Positions 19,069-28,366 of a stretch of DNA of 64,000 nt are shown here, piece after piece. The stretch is taken from positions 67,944-131,943 of the forward strand of contig JAGMCR010000003.1 of NCBI GenBank assembly GCA_023129115.1, written 5' to 3'. A program made the position numbers and the translations under genes. The notes under the pieces are model-generated. The model did not search any database, was not told the origin of the DNA, and was given only the letters and a program-made list of their open reading frames with translations. This stretch comes from Candidatus Iainarchaeum sp. (GTDB taxonomy: Archaea; B1Sed10-29; WALL01). The number at the start of each line of letters is the position of its first letter. The stretch's first letter is position 1.

Positions 19069-19176
19069 TCACTCCTTTCCCTCTTTTTCCTTGAGCTCTT
19101 TCTCGCAGCGGCGGCAGATGCCGTTCTTGAGCTTGGCGTACTTGCCGCAGATGGAGCAGTTGGCCTGGACCTTCAT
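19069..19176 (-). CDS. possible 35-aa zinc-ribbon miniprotein (MKVQANCSICGKYAKLKNGICRRCEKELKEKEGKE)
   Basis: ORF below the track cut-off; two CxxC pairs; TTATATA element about 25 nt upstream on the minus strand. Confidence 0.35.
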   Translation of the reverse strand: MKVQANCSICGKYAKLKNGICRRCEKELKEKEGKE

Positions 19177-19293
19177 AACTGAGTATAGGGGAAGGAGGTA
19201 TATAAGGGTAGTGTGGGGCTACTGGTGCAGGCTGGCGCCCTAGTGTGCCCACCGCGTGCAAATCCTAAGGGCCACGTTTGGGCCGGGCACTTT

Positions 19294-19797
19294 TTACCTC
19301 ACCATTGACTGCAGGTTATGGAGCTCTTTTGGGTGGGGCTCTTCGTCTGGGTAGCCGAGTGCAATCAGGCAGATTGGGAAGATGTTTTCCCCGACGCCGA
19401 GCGCCTTTTGGATTTTGGCGCTGAGTGGGGAGTCGTCATAGCGCATCGCTATCCAGCACGCGCCGAGGCCGAGGGCGTGCGCCGCGAGGAGCATGTTTTC
19501 GGCCGCGATTGCGCCGTCTGCAATCCAGCGCCTGGGGGACTTTGAGAGGTCGACGCAGACGCCGACGAGCACTGGCGCGTCGACCATCCAGTGTGAGGGG
19601 TGCGGCTTCTTGAGCGTGGAAAGCTCTTGTTTTTGCTTGCGGTCCTTCACTATGACGAATAGCCATGGCTCGCCGTCACACGCAGAAGGGGCGTGGCGCG
19701 CGCAGTCAAGGACTTCGTTCAGCAGCTCTCGCGGCACCGGCTTCGGCTTGAACTTGCGGATTGAGCGGCGGGTTTTTATGCACGTGATTGCGTCCAT
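19294..19797 (-). CDS. nitroreductase-family protein
   Basis: 167 aa; TRRSIRKFKPKPVPRE..L..ARHAPSA signature. Confidence 0.8.
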   Translation of the reverse strand: MDAITCIKTRRSIRKFKPKPVPRELLNEVLDCARHAPSACDGEPWLFVIVKDRKQKQELSTLKKPHPSHWMVDAPVLVGVCVDLSKSPRRWIADGAIAAENMLLAAHALGLGACWIAMRYDDSPLSAKIQKALGVGENIFPICLIALGYPDEEPHPKELHNLQSMVR

Positions 19798-20097
19798 TCA
19801 AAACGCCTGCTGCGGGGCTGCTTCCCCGCCTTGGGGGGATGCCGCCGGCTTCGCCGCAGGCATCCCCCTGGTTTCTGCTTCGGGACCGGGCGCTTCTGCC
19901 TTTTCTATGCAGCGGATGTTCGAGAACGGAATGAAGCACGTTCGCTTTTCCTCTTCACTGTCCTCGAAAGAGACAGTGACCCCAGCGTCGTTCACGCCGA
20001 GCAGGTCGGCGTAAATGCGCACGGGCTCTTCGTCGTCAATTGGCGCTTTCAAAACAACAATTGCGTTTCCTGTAAAACCAATGTCCATGCTTTTCAC
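19798..20097 (-). CDS. hypothetical protein, abutting the nitroreductase gene
   Basis: 99-aa ORF; start abuts the downstream gene; no confident domain. Confidence 0.45.
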   Translation of the reverse strand: MKSMDIGFTGNAIVVLKAPIDDEEPVRIYADLLGVNDAGVTVSFEDSEEEKRTCFIPFSNIRCIEKAEAPGPEAETRGMPAAKPAASPQGGEAAPQQAF

Positions 20098-20567
20098 CTG
20101 TTGATAACTTTTGGCAGGTCTTTGCTTGCCCCTGTCTTGACTATGTTGAGAAATTTGGTGAGGATGGCCCTGTTGGCCGCGGGCAGCTCCACTCTCAAGA
20201 CGTGGAGGGTGTCGTGTTCGCCTGCCGCCACCTCGACCGTCGCGGTGGTTTTCTCGCCATTATACCGCTCTACCAAATTTTTTGCCTGGGCCTGGAACGT
20301 GTTTCTTGCTTTCTCGCTTGTGAAATACAATTCAATTGTGTGGATTCCCTCATTGTTGTGCATGACGTTCACGTGAGAAAAGTCGCGCAAGTACGAAAAC
20401 TCGCTTTCCCCGAACTCCTTTAAAGACTCGCGTGTGGGCAAGTAGTTGTCGACCCAAAGTTTCCTTCTTTTTCCTTTGACGTTGAACCAGAATTTTTCTC
20501 TCGGCCTGCTGACCAAAAACCCGGCTTCTCCCCGGGTTCTTATGTCCACCAACTCTGGCTTCTTCAT
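20094..20567 (-). CDS. hypothetical protein
   Basis: 157-aa ORF with a 4-nt overlap onto the next gene; no confident domain. Confidence 0.5.
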   Translation of the reverse strand: MKKPELVDIRTRGEAGFLVSRPREKFWFNVKGKRRKLWVDNYLPTRESLKEFGESEFSYLRDFSHVNVMHNNEGIHTIELYFTSEKARNTFQAQAKNLVERYNGEKTTATVEVAAGEHDTLHVLRVELPAANRAILTKFLNIVKTGASKDLPKVINR

Positions 20568-20573
20568 AACGAA

Positions 20574-20930
20574 TCACAAAAGCTTGTATTTTGAGAAGAA
20601 CTTGTCGATTTCAATCTCAGGCGCTGGGCCTACGCCGAGCGCGGTCAGCGTGCCGGGCGGGATTTGGGTGTGGCCCGCGTCAGTGATGAGCGTGGAGGGG
20701 ATTAGGTTCTTGACTTCCTCGAATAATTCAGTAAGCTCTTCCTTGGAGCCGACGCGCAGCACAATTTTCTTCATTCCCTCTGCGAGCCAGAGTGTGGCCC
20801 ACTCCGGCTTTTTCTTGGCGGTGCGGAGGTAGGCCTCGATGGAGGCGTGCGCCCCCTGGGCAACGAGCTTGCCCTTGCCCATTTCGAGGTCCGTGCGCAA
20901 AACAATTGCTTGCTTGAACAATGCTACCAC
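20574..20930 (-). CDS. pth2: peptidyl-tRNA hydrolase Pth2
   Basis: VVALFKQAIVLRTDLEMGKGKLVAQGAHAS matches archaeal Pth2; likely GTG start at 20930, since the ATG-extended track ORF would add an Arg-rich non-homologous N-terminus. Confidence 0.8.
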   Translation of the reverse strand: MVALFKQAIVLRTDLEMGKGKLVAQGAHASIEAYLRTAKKKPEWATLWLAEGMKKIVLRVGSKEELTELFEEVKNLIPSTLITDAGHTQIPPGTLTALGVGPAPEIEIDKFFSKYKLL

Positions 20931-21592
20931 CTGTTGAACTCTCCTAGGTAAGTGCCGTCGATGAGTGTGAGCTTCGCGCCCTCGAGGTCGACCCACTTTT
21001 CGTCGATTTTGTTGAGTGTGACGCCGCCGAGCAGCCTATTGAACGATGGCATGATTAATAAAGGCTTGCCGAACGCGTGGGCCTCGACCCACATCTTTTC
21101 AGTCGTCCTCCCGCCGACAGAGTCGCGGAACTCGAACACCGGGTGCCAGTGCGACGCGACGAGGTGGGACGCATTTTCCACGTCACTGCGGAGCGGCCTG
21201 GCGTGGCCGTGGAACAATAAGTGGTCGCGGTAGGTGAAGCCGCGCGAGCCATAGACCTCAAGCCCCTCGAGCAATGGCTTCAGGCCCGCGTCGTGGTTGC
21301 CGAGGACGATGCGGAGCTCGGTGAGGCGGGAGAGGGTGGAGAGCAGCAGCGGGATTTCCTTGGCCTCCTGGCTGCTCAGGCTGGCGATGCGGTGCTTCAG
21401 GTCGCCGAGCACGAACAATTTTTTGGCGCGCGTCTGCTCGATGAGGGCGGTTATGTCGGACAGCATGCGCTTCGTGAGCGAGGGCAGGCGCACGCCCTTG
21501 GCGTGGAGCTCCTGCTCCAGGCCGATGTGCAGGTCGGCGATTACGAGGGCGTCGCGAATCAAAAGCGCGGGCTTGCCGGGAACGAACTTCAT
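20924..21592 (-). CDS. calcineurin-like metallophosphoesterase
   Basis: 222 aa; motifs DLHIG, GDLKHR, GNHD, HGH. Confidence 0.8.
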   Translation of the reverse strand: MKFVPGKPALLIRDALVIADLHIGLEQELHAKGVRLPSLTKRMLSDITALIEQTRAKKLFVLGDLKHRIASLSSQEAKEIPLLLSTLSRLTELRIVLGNHDAGLKPLLEGLEVYGSRGFTYRDHLLFHGHARPLRSDVENASHLVASHWHPVFEFRDSVGGRTTEKMWVEAHAFGKPLLIMPSFNRLLGGVTLNKIDEKWVDLEGAKLTLIDGTYLGEFNRW

Positions 21593-21677
21593 TGGATAAT
21601 TGGGGGTTGGGGGAGTATAAAAGGGTTTTTCGGGTGATGGTATTTATTGGCTAAAAGCAATAAGTATAGTGAGTTAA

Positions 21678-22913
21678 ATGCCGAGGAAAAGAGGAGGCAA
21701 AGGGCGCGGGGCGCGATACGAAAAGGAGCGAAAAGAAGAACGGAAGGACTATAAAGACCGGGTAGAGTGGACAGAGTATAAAGAGGGGGTGAAGTGGGAG
21801 AAGCCCAAACGCGGGGCGCTGGAGCCACGGGGCCTGGCAGAGGCTAGAAAAGCCAAGGAAAAGGCGAGGGCGGCTTTAATCAAGGGCGTTACTGGGGAGA
21901 TTAAGAAAGACTTCGAGAAAGAGGGTATGGAAATTGAGTGGGAGGCGCCGGAAGGCGAGCTCCGAGAGGGCTGGAGAAAGGACTTCCAGGAAAAGATGAG
22001 GGCGGGGGTGACCGAGAAGGTCATGGAAGAGATTGAGAAGGATATTGAGGCGGACCTCGAGGGAGAGCAAAAATGGGACGAGCCGGAGTGGATTGACAAG
22101 GAAATCCGGGCGCCGGAAGAGCCGGGAGTCGAGCGGGAGGAGCCGGGTGGAATCCTCGAAAACTTCAAAAAAACCATTGAACAGGACTTGGAATCGGGTG
22201 GGGGGAAGTTTGGCAGTTTTTTCCACAGCGGTGTTGACTACGGGCAAGTCGAGGAAAGCGTCAAGGAAGCGTTTAAAGACCACCCGGATTACCCTGCGTC
22301 GGGTAGTGGGTACCGACATGTGGATGTCAAAAACATAAAAGAGCCGAAGGTCGGGACACCGACGGCGAATCGGACTGAGCACGACCCCGGGAACCCGGAG
22401 CCGAGGCCCGGGACACGGGTGGAGCGGTTTGAAGGCAATTTAGAGCACGGCGACATAAGGATTGCCCACGGCAAGCTGACGGACGCGAATAACAAGCCGA
22501 TTAAAATGGAGCAGATTCTTGAGAACGTCCATGATGGGTATAAGGGGCAGAATGCATATATGATAAATGTTATACGGAAAGTAAGGCCTAGCCTGGCTGA
22601 GCGCGAAAACTTCAGGACAGACGAGAATCATGGCGACAGGACAGTTAACGCACAAGTGGCAATTGTGCTGCCCGAAAGGGAGTACTTGAGGGTGAAGGAA
22701 GCGCTTGACGAGAACCCGATGGCCGCGCAGGAGCTGTTGGCCGACGTCCACGCAGACTGGCAGAAAAAGCAGGACCCGGGGGTGGAGCCAAAGACAATGG
22801 AGCTCCAGACCGGAGAATTGCAGATGGCAACAATTAACTTTGTGGCAAAGAAAGAAGAGTTTGGGTCGCCCAAAAAGAAGGGGCTGCTCTCCCTTTTCAA
22901 GAAGAAAAAATAG
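21678..22913 (+). CDS. hypothetical highly charged (K/E/R/D-rich) protein of 411 aa
   Basis: long ORF with coding-like periodicity; no TM segments, no recognisable domain; immediately upstream of nurA on the same strand. Confidence 0.55.
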   Translation: MPRKRGGKGRGARYEKERKEERKDYKDRVEWTEYKEGVKWEKPKRGALEPRGLAEARKAKEKARAALIKGVTGEIKKDFEKEGMEIEWEAPEGELREGWRKDFQEKMRAGVTEKVMEEIEKDIEADLEGEQKWDEPEWIDKEIRAPEEPGVEREEPGGILENFKKTIEQDLESGGGKFGSFFHSGVDYGQVEESVKEAFKDHPDYPASGSGYRHVDVKNIKEPKVGTPTANRTEHDPGNPEPRPGTRVERFEGNLEHGDIRIAHGKLTDANNKPIKMEQILENVHDGYKGQNAYMINVIRKVRPSLAERENFRTDENHGDRTVNAQVAIVLPEREYLRVKEALDENPMAAQELLADVHADWQKKQDPGVEPKTMELQTGELQMATINFVAKKEEFGSPKKKGLLSLFKKKK

Positions 22914-22970
22914 CTTCTCGGCAAGCCATAGGACGGCGGTTTTTAAAGGCTTTTCGCGTAGTATAACGCA

Positions 22971-23996
22971 GTGGCAGTGGAAAAGCTAATCAAGTACTTG
23001 GGCGCGAAGTACGACGAGACCAAGCTAGTGCCCCCAACGACCATGAAGTCGACCGAGAGCAGGGAGTACAAGCTTTATCCGCTTGGCGCGGAGAGCTTTG
23101 TTAATTATGAGCCCAAGGAAATAAGGGGAAAGTTCACTGTGCTCGCCGTGGACAGCGGGAGCACGGCGCTGTTCGACACGCCGTACTGGGGGGTTGGCCT
23201 GCTGAAGCTCAAGGCGAGGCTGATTGAGTTTGACCCCGCGAGGAAGCGGGCGGACACAATAAATCAGGACTCGAGCGAGCGGTTCTGCTTGTTTCTCGAG
23301 GACGACGGCGACGGGGGGGACATTGTTACGCGGGAGTTCTGGGAGAAAGGAAATTACCTGAAGAGGGAGGAAATGGGCTTTGTGCGCGAGCAGCTCGGGA
23401 AGAATTGGCTTGGGGACGAAGACCTGCTCTTGATTGACGGCGCGCTTAGCATCCAGACCGCGTACGAAAAGGAAATTGTTAGGGCACACCCAAATGTTGT
23501 TGGCGTGAGCAAGCGCAGTGGGCTTCGGATTAACCGGTATTCTGCGTCGAGCTTTTTGATGATGCAGGCGGTCCAGCACGGCAAGTCGGCAAGGCCGTGG
23601 TTCTGCCACCCGCTTGTGAAGGAGTACCCCGGGAAAGAGCCGGTCGCGGAAGTCATGTTCGCGTCGTTCACTCCCAACAGCAGGTATGCGTTTAGGGTCG
23701 ACTTTCCGTTCCAAATAACTGAGCTGAACCCCAGCGAGCAAGAGAAGAGGATTGCGGGGGAATTGTCGAAGATTGGCTTGTTTTCGCTGGACCCGAAGTA
23801 CCGGGGGTACCCCTATCCTTTGGGCGCGGTGCACACTGACTCGGTCACGCGGCCCATTGACCGGGACCGGGCGCGGGTTTTCGTGCAGCAGACGCTCGAG
23901 GAAGCGGATTTGCCTGGTGAGGCGTATGAGTTGATAAAGAAAGACATCGAAAATGAATACTGGTACGACAAGTTTCGGAAGAGGAGCAATAAATGA
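22971..23996 (+). CDS. nurA: NurA-family 5'-3' nuclease
   Basis: 341 aa; NurA motifs FTVLAVDSGSTAL and LLLIDGALS; directly followed by herA. Confidence 0.7.
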   Translation: MAVEKLIKYLGAKYDETKLVPPTTMKSTESREYKLYPLGAESFVNYEPKEIRGKFTVLAVDSGSTALFDTPYWGVGLLKLKARLIEFDPARKRADTINQDSSERFCLFLEDDGDGGDIVTREFWEKGNYLKREEMGFVREQLGKNWLGDEDLLLIDGALSIQTAYEKEIVRAHPNVVGVSKRSGLRINRYSASSFLMMQAVQHGKSARPWFCHPLVKEYPGKEPVAEVMFASFTPNSRYAFRVDFPFQITELNPSEQEKRIAGELSKIGLFSLDPKYRGYPYPLGAVHTDSVTRPIDRDRARVFVQQTLEEADLPGEAYELIKKDIENEYWYDKFRKRSNK

Positions 23997-24430
23997 AAGG
24001 CGGAGAACCGGTGTGGCACGGTACAGTCAAGGGCCGAAGGGGGAAAATGAAAATAAAAGTGGTTCGCACGCGAGTTAAAGCAAAAGAGACATTTGACGAC
24101 CACGAACACTTCAAGTTGGTGGTAACTAGGCTAAGAGGGGAAAAAATACTCGCGACAGCAGAATATGGCTACAATCCAATCAACGCATATTTGTCAGATT
24201 TTGATGTCACAAAAAACTGCCGGGGTAGGGGGATTGGCACCAAGCTCTGCAGGCTCGCTGTCGAGCATATTGAAGAAGTGATGGAAACGCGACCGCCGGC
24301 GCAACTGGGGATATTCGCCCCCCTCCACCCAACTGAAGAAATGGTGGAAGTGCTATCAAGAATACTTGGTAAACACGGCTTCAGGCCAGAGGATTATGGC
24401 TGGAGAAAGCCGGCTAAAGACGAGGAATAA
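23993..24430 (+). CDS. small GNAT-like (acetyltransferase fold) protein between nurA and herA
   Basis: 145 aa; NCRGRGIGTKLCRLAVEHI resembles GNAT motif A (R-x-x-G-x-G/A); 4-nt overlap with nurA and a 2-nt gap to herA. Confidence 0.45.
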   Translation: MKGGEPVWHGTVKGRRGKMKIKVVRTRVKAKETFDDHEHFKLVVTRLRGEKILATAEYGYNPINAYLSDFDVTKNCRGRGIGTKLCRLAVEHIEEVMETRPPAQLGIFAPLHPTEEMVEVLSRILGKHGFRPEDYGWRKPAKDEE

Positions 24431-24432
24431 AC

Positions 24433-25995
24433 ATGAAGGTCGGGAAAGTCGATTACTTCGACGGTGACAAGAGGAAAGTATATTTTTTTGTAGAGGGAAT
24501 GGTCGAGGAAGAGGGCTTCTACAAAATCCGGAGCGACGGCAAAGTGTTCTACATATTCGTGACCAGCCTGAGTGAGGTGCCGATGGACTCTGCGCTGCGG
24601 GCTAGGTACAGCGAGGAGGACTACTCGTTCGACCAGGAGGAACGGTACTTGATGTACGCCACGGCGAGCGTGCTGATGGAGTACCGCGTGGACGGCGGGC
24701 GGAAGATTGTTGGGTACAAGACCATTCCGAGGCACAACGACGCGGTCGAGCTGCTGGAGCACGACGACTTCGACGTCCTGGGCCTGCCGAAGCTGGACTT
24801 CGCGTACGTGAGGAGCGGGAGCGAAAAGCTGGACACGACCGTGGGGTTCGACAGGAAGGCGTACATAACGCACTGGCTGCTGTGCGGGTGGACGAACAGC
24901 GGGAAAACCAATGCCGCGAAGGTCTTGCTGAACGTTACGCTGAAGGGCGACGGCGAGCCGTTCGCCGGCGGCATAATCATTGACCCGCACGGCGAGTATT
25001 ATGGCGATTTAAAGCACTTCAACCAGGTCGGCGCGCCAAGGGTTTTTCATTATACTGTGGGGGCAAACGCGGGCGACCCGCACGAAAAGGAATTGGAAGT
25101 GTCGTTCTACAATATTTACCCTGGCTACCTCATGGAGGTGTACGACTTCAGGGAGGACACACAGCTGAGCTTCATGAACATCTGCCGCAGGCAGAAGGGC
25201 GGGAAGTGGATTCCGTACATCATGAACAACGAGGCGGAAGGAATGAAGGCTGGGCTCGTCGGCGCCGACAGGATTCCAGGAATTGACCTGATAATCGGCG
25301 CGACGAGGGGGCGTGTCAGCAGCATTTTCCGCGATGACGACATCTGGGTCAAGGAGCCGAACGGGTTCCTGAACAGCGTGATGGACGGGGTCGCGCGCGG
25401 GAACTGGTACATTATCGATGTTTCCGCTGTTGGGAACAAAAGCGCAAAGATTGTGACGAGCATGCTGGCGCGGTCAATGTTCAGGAAGTACAAGCACGCA
25501 TGCACCAAAAAGAAAAAGGAGTGGGAAAAGTACAAGCCCGCCGGGATATTGGTCGAGGAGGCGCACAACTACCTGTCGCCTGAAGAGACGAGCAAGGGCA
25601 ACATCATCGCCAAGATTGCGAAGGAGGGCAGGAAGTTCAAGGTGTTCACAATCATTGTCGAGCAGGACCCAAGCGGAATCGACCAGCGGATACTGAAGCA
25701 GGTGCACAACAAAGTTATTTTGCAGCTGATTCCGAAGGACGCGAGGGCGATTTGCGAGACAACGCCGTACGTGGCAGAGCTCGAGAAGAAGATTCCGTAC
25801 TATAGCATTGGGGAAGGCGTGTTCGTGTCGACGGGCTCGTTCAACTTCGCGCTGCCAGTCAAGTTCCCGACCGTGGGGGAGTGGGTCGAGGGCAACGGCG
25901 GCAAGTGCAGGAAGTGCGGAAAGCCCACCATGGGCAAGGAATGCGTGGAATGCCAAGTCTCTGGCGCCACGCGGGACGCCGCGGCTTTTCTCTAG
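24433..25995 (+). CDS. herA: HerA-type FtsK/HerA-superfamily ATPase with a C-terminal CxxC..CxxC zinc ribbon
   Basis: 520 aa; HAS-barrel-like N-terminus, Walker A GWTNSGKTN, Walker B ILVEEAHNYL, IIDPHGEY; C-terminal CRKCGKPTMGKECVECQ. Confidence 0.8.
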   Translation: MKVGKVDYFDGDKRKVYFFVEGMVEEEGFYKIRSDGKVFYIFVTSLSEVPMDSALRARYSEEDYSFDQEERYLMYATASVLMEYRVDGGRKIVGYKTIPRHNDAVELLEHDDFDVLGLPKLDFAYVRSGSEKLDTTVGFDRKAYITHWLLCGWTNSGKTNAAKVLLNVTLKGDGEPFAGGIIIDPHGEYYGDLKHFNQVGAPRVFHYTVGANAGDPHEKELEVSFYNIYPGYLMEVYDFREDTQLSFMNICRRQKGGKWIPYIMNNEAEGMKAGLVGADRIPGIDLIIGATRGRVSSIFRDDDIWVKEPNGFLNSVMDGVARGNWYIIDVSAVGNKSAKIVTSMLARSMFRKYKHACTKKKKEWEKYKPAGILVEEAHNYLSPEETSKGNIIAKIAKEGRKFKVFTIIVEQDPSGIDQRILKQVHNKVILQLIPKDARAICETTPYVAELEKKIPYYSIGEGVFVSTGSFNFALPVKFPTVGEWVEGNGGKCRKCGKPTMGKECVECQVSGATRDAAAFL

Positions 25996-26057
25996 CCCCA
26001 AACCCCAACGCTTATAAAGGGCTTGTTTTACAATTGAATCGCTTTCGGGGTGAGCAT

Positions 26058-26222
26058 ATGGAATACACGAGGTTTGAGGAAGCCAGGATACTGGGCGCGA
26101 GGGCGCTGCAGCTCGCGATGGGCGCGCCGCCGCTCGTAAAGCCAAAGGATGGGATGAGCCCCCTAAAGCTGGCGACTTCCGAGCTGGAGGGCGGGAAAAT
26201 CCCGATAACTGTCATAAAGTGA
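26058..26222 (+). CDS. rpoK: DNA-directed RNA polymerase subunit K (Rpb6/omega homolog)
   Basis: 54 aa MEYTRFEEARILGARALQLAMGAPPLV...IPITVIK, near-identical in pattern to archaeal RpoK. Confidence 0.85.
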   Translation: MEYTRFEEARILGARALQLAMGAPPLVKPKDGMSPLKLATSELEGGKIPITVIK

Positions 26223-26431
26223 TGTCCATGGGCAAGCAGACGACCGGCATACTCAAAAAGAAGGCGGAAAAGCTGTACTCGATGTACCCAATCGAGTTCG
26301 GCAACGACTTCGAGAAAAACAAGGAGATACTCAACTCGACCGGCCTGTTCGACTACTCCAAAAGCGACCGGAACATCGTCGCCGGCTACATCTCCCGGCT
26401 CGCCACCGAGCAAATTAAGAAAGAAGACTGA
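26222..26431 (+). CDS. rps17e: 30S ribosomal protein S17e
   Basis: GILKKKAEKLYSMYPIEFGNDFEKNKEIL...RNIVAGYISRL matches S17e; overlaps the rpoK stop. Confidence 0.8.
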   Translation: MSMGKQTTGILKKKAEKLYSMYPIEFGNDFEKNKEILNSTGLFDYSKSDRNIVAGYISRLATEQIKKED

Positions 26432-26434
26432 GCC

Positions 26435-27136
26435 ATGATTTCCGTTGTCGTGCCTGCATATAACGAGCGGAAAACTATTTCTAAATGCCTTTCGGCGATA
26501 CATCCACAGGACTGCGAGCTGATTGTTGTTGCGGGTGGGAGCGATGGGACTGCGAAGGTCGCGAAGAAGTACGGCAGGGTAATCAAGGACACTAAATGCA
26601 TCGGCGCTGGCGCGGCGAGGAACATTGGCGCTGCGGCGGCAAAGGGGAGCGTTGTGCTGTTCACGGACGGCGACACGGTCGTGCCGCCGGGCTGGGTTGA
26701 GGCGTACAGGGAAGTGTTCAGGGACAAGCAGGTCGTGGCCGCGGGCGGGGTTGTTGAGCCGCTCGGTGGGGGCGTCGTGGACGGCTTTGTCTTCAAGCTC
26801 AACCAGGACTGGCTCTACCGGTTCACTGCGGTGTTTGGGCTCTACCAATTAAGTGGGAACAACTGCGGCTACCGGAAGAATGAATTCCTCGCGGAAAAAG
26901 GGTTCGATGAGGGAATGAGCATGTTGGAGGACACCGAGCTCCCCATGCGCATGAAAAAGCGGGGAAAAGTGGTTGTGGACAGGGGGATTTGCGTGCGGAC
27001 TTCGCCGCGTAGGATGCGGGAGAATGGGTATCTGGCTACGGGGATTGGCTTCGTGAAGGAGTACTTCAGCTGGCTTGTGCTCGGCAGGAAGCCGAGGCGG
27101 GGGTACTTCGCCAGCGCAAAGGCGAAAAGTTATTAA
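26435..27136 (+). CDS. family-2 glycosyltransferase
   Basis: ISVVVPAYNE...DGDTVVPPGW GT2 signature. Confidence 0.8.
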   Translation: MISVVVPAYNERKTISKCLSAIHPQDCELIVVAGGSDGTAKVAKKYGRVIKDTKCIGAGAARNIGAAAAKGSVVLFTDGDTVVPPGWVEAYREVFRDKQVVAAGGVVEPLGGGVVDGFVFKLNQDWLYRFTAVFGLYQLSGNNCGYRKNEFLAEKGFDEGMSMLEDTELPMRMKKRGKVVVDRGICVRTSPRRMRENGYLATGIGFVKEYFSWLVLGRKPRRGYFASAKAKSY

Positions 27137-27159
27137 ACGCGCCTTCGTAGGCGTTAGGC

Positions 27160-28335
27160 ATGAGCTTCTTGCTTGAGCTGGGCCTGCTCTTGCTTGGCGC
27201 AAAGGTGCTGGGCGAGCTGGCAGAGAGGGTTCACCTCCCGAGCATACTTGGCTACATAATGGCAGGCATATTCCTTGGGCCGGTGCACCACATTGTGCAC
27301 GCGAGCCCCGAGATTTCTGTGTTCGGCCAGCTCGGCGCGCTTTTGCTGTTGTTCGTGGCGGGGCTGAAGGAAATTCGGCTCGAGGACATAGTCAAGAACA
27401 AGCTTGGGACGTTGGGGGTCTCGTTCTTGGGCTATTTGTTCCCGTTCATCGCAATTTTGTTCGTTGCTTCGAACGTTGGGGTGATAGTGCCGGGGATGGA
27501 GCTGGGCTTCAATGAGCTCTTGCTCATCGCCGCCGCGCTCTCGACGTCGTCCATCATAACAACGATTAAGACGCTGATTGACCTTGACCTGCTGCACGCG
27601 GAGGGCAGCCGGCTGCTGCTTGGCTCATCCATAGTCGACTCGTTCATAGGGCTGTTCGTCTTCACGATTGTCATAACGTTTGCCACGCTGACGTTCGCCA
27701 ACATGCCCCGTGCCCTTGGGGTGATTGCGCTGACAGTGGCGTTCTTCCTCATATTCTACCTGGCCTCACGGGCAATCCCGAGGATAATCGCGGAAAGCCG
27801 GTTCCTCGAGGTCGAGGAGGCCCAGTTCACCATGGTGTTTGTGGTTATGCTTGGGCTGGTATACCTCGCTGAAGTGATTGGGCTGAACGGCATAATCGGC
27901 GCGTTCTTCGCGGGCGTTATTATTTCGAAGACCCAGCTCAGGGAAAACGTGTTCTACGAAAAGATTGCTTCCCTTACGTATGGCATATTTGTTCCCATTT
28001 TCTTCGCGTGGGTGGGCCTCATGACCGGGCTGTTTTCCATAGAGTTCGTGCTTGTGCTTGTCGCCGCCATCGCGGCTGCGAACCTGATTGGCGCGTACGC
28101 GGGCTCGTGGCTGGGAAACCTAAGGGAAAGGGACGCGCTGCTCGTGGGCGTCGGGATGCTGCCGCGGGGCGGCATTGACCTCGTTATAATCACTGCCGCG
28201 AAAACTCTTGGGCTGCTCGAGGGGCCGACTGGTGACTTCGTGTTCTCGGCGGTCGTGATGGTTGTCTTGATAAGCATGGTCGTCACGCCAATCCTTCTGC
28301 ACGTACTTTTCAGCCCGAAAAGGCAATACGCTTAA
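27160..28335 (+). CDS. CPA-type cation:proton antiporter (Kef/NapA-like)
   Basis: 391 aa, about 11 TM helices; N-terminal LGELAERVHLPSILGYIMAGIFLGP signature. Confidence 0.8.
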   Translation: MSFLLELGLLLLGAKVLGELAERVHLPSILGYIMAGIFLGPVHHIVHASPEISVFGQLGALLLLFVAGLKEIRLEDIVKNKLGTLGVSFLGYLFPFIAILFVASNVGVIVPGMELGFNELLLIAAALSTSSIITTIKTLIDLDLLHAEGSRLLLGSSIVDSFIGLFVFTIVITFATLTFANMPRALGVIALTVAFFLIFYLASRAIPRIIAESRFLEVEEAQFTMVFVVMLGLVYLAEVIGLNGIIGAFFAGVIISKTQLRENVFYEKIASLTYGIFVPIFFAWVGLMTGLFSIEFVLVLVAAIAAANLIGAYAGSWLGNLRERDALLVGVGMLPRGGIDLVIITAAKTLGLLEGPTGDFVFSAVVMVVLISMVVTPILLHVLFSPKRQYA

Positions 28336-28366
28336 AAAGGGCTCCCAATAGAAAAGAAGGCGCAAA

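Noticed and set aside
20924-21592. Metallophosphoesterase as a possible Mre11 (which would complete a herA-mre11-rad50-nurA set)
   Set aside because: At 222 aa it lacks the Mre11 capping/DNA-binding domains, is on the opposite strand, sits about 1.4 kb away across another gene, and has no rad50 nearby. It is better called a generic calcineurin-like phosphoesterase.
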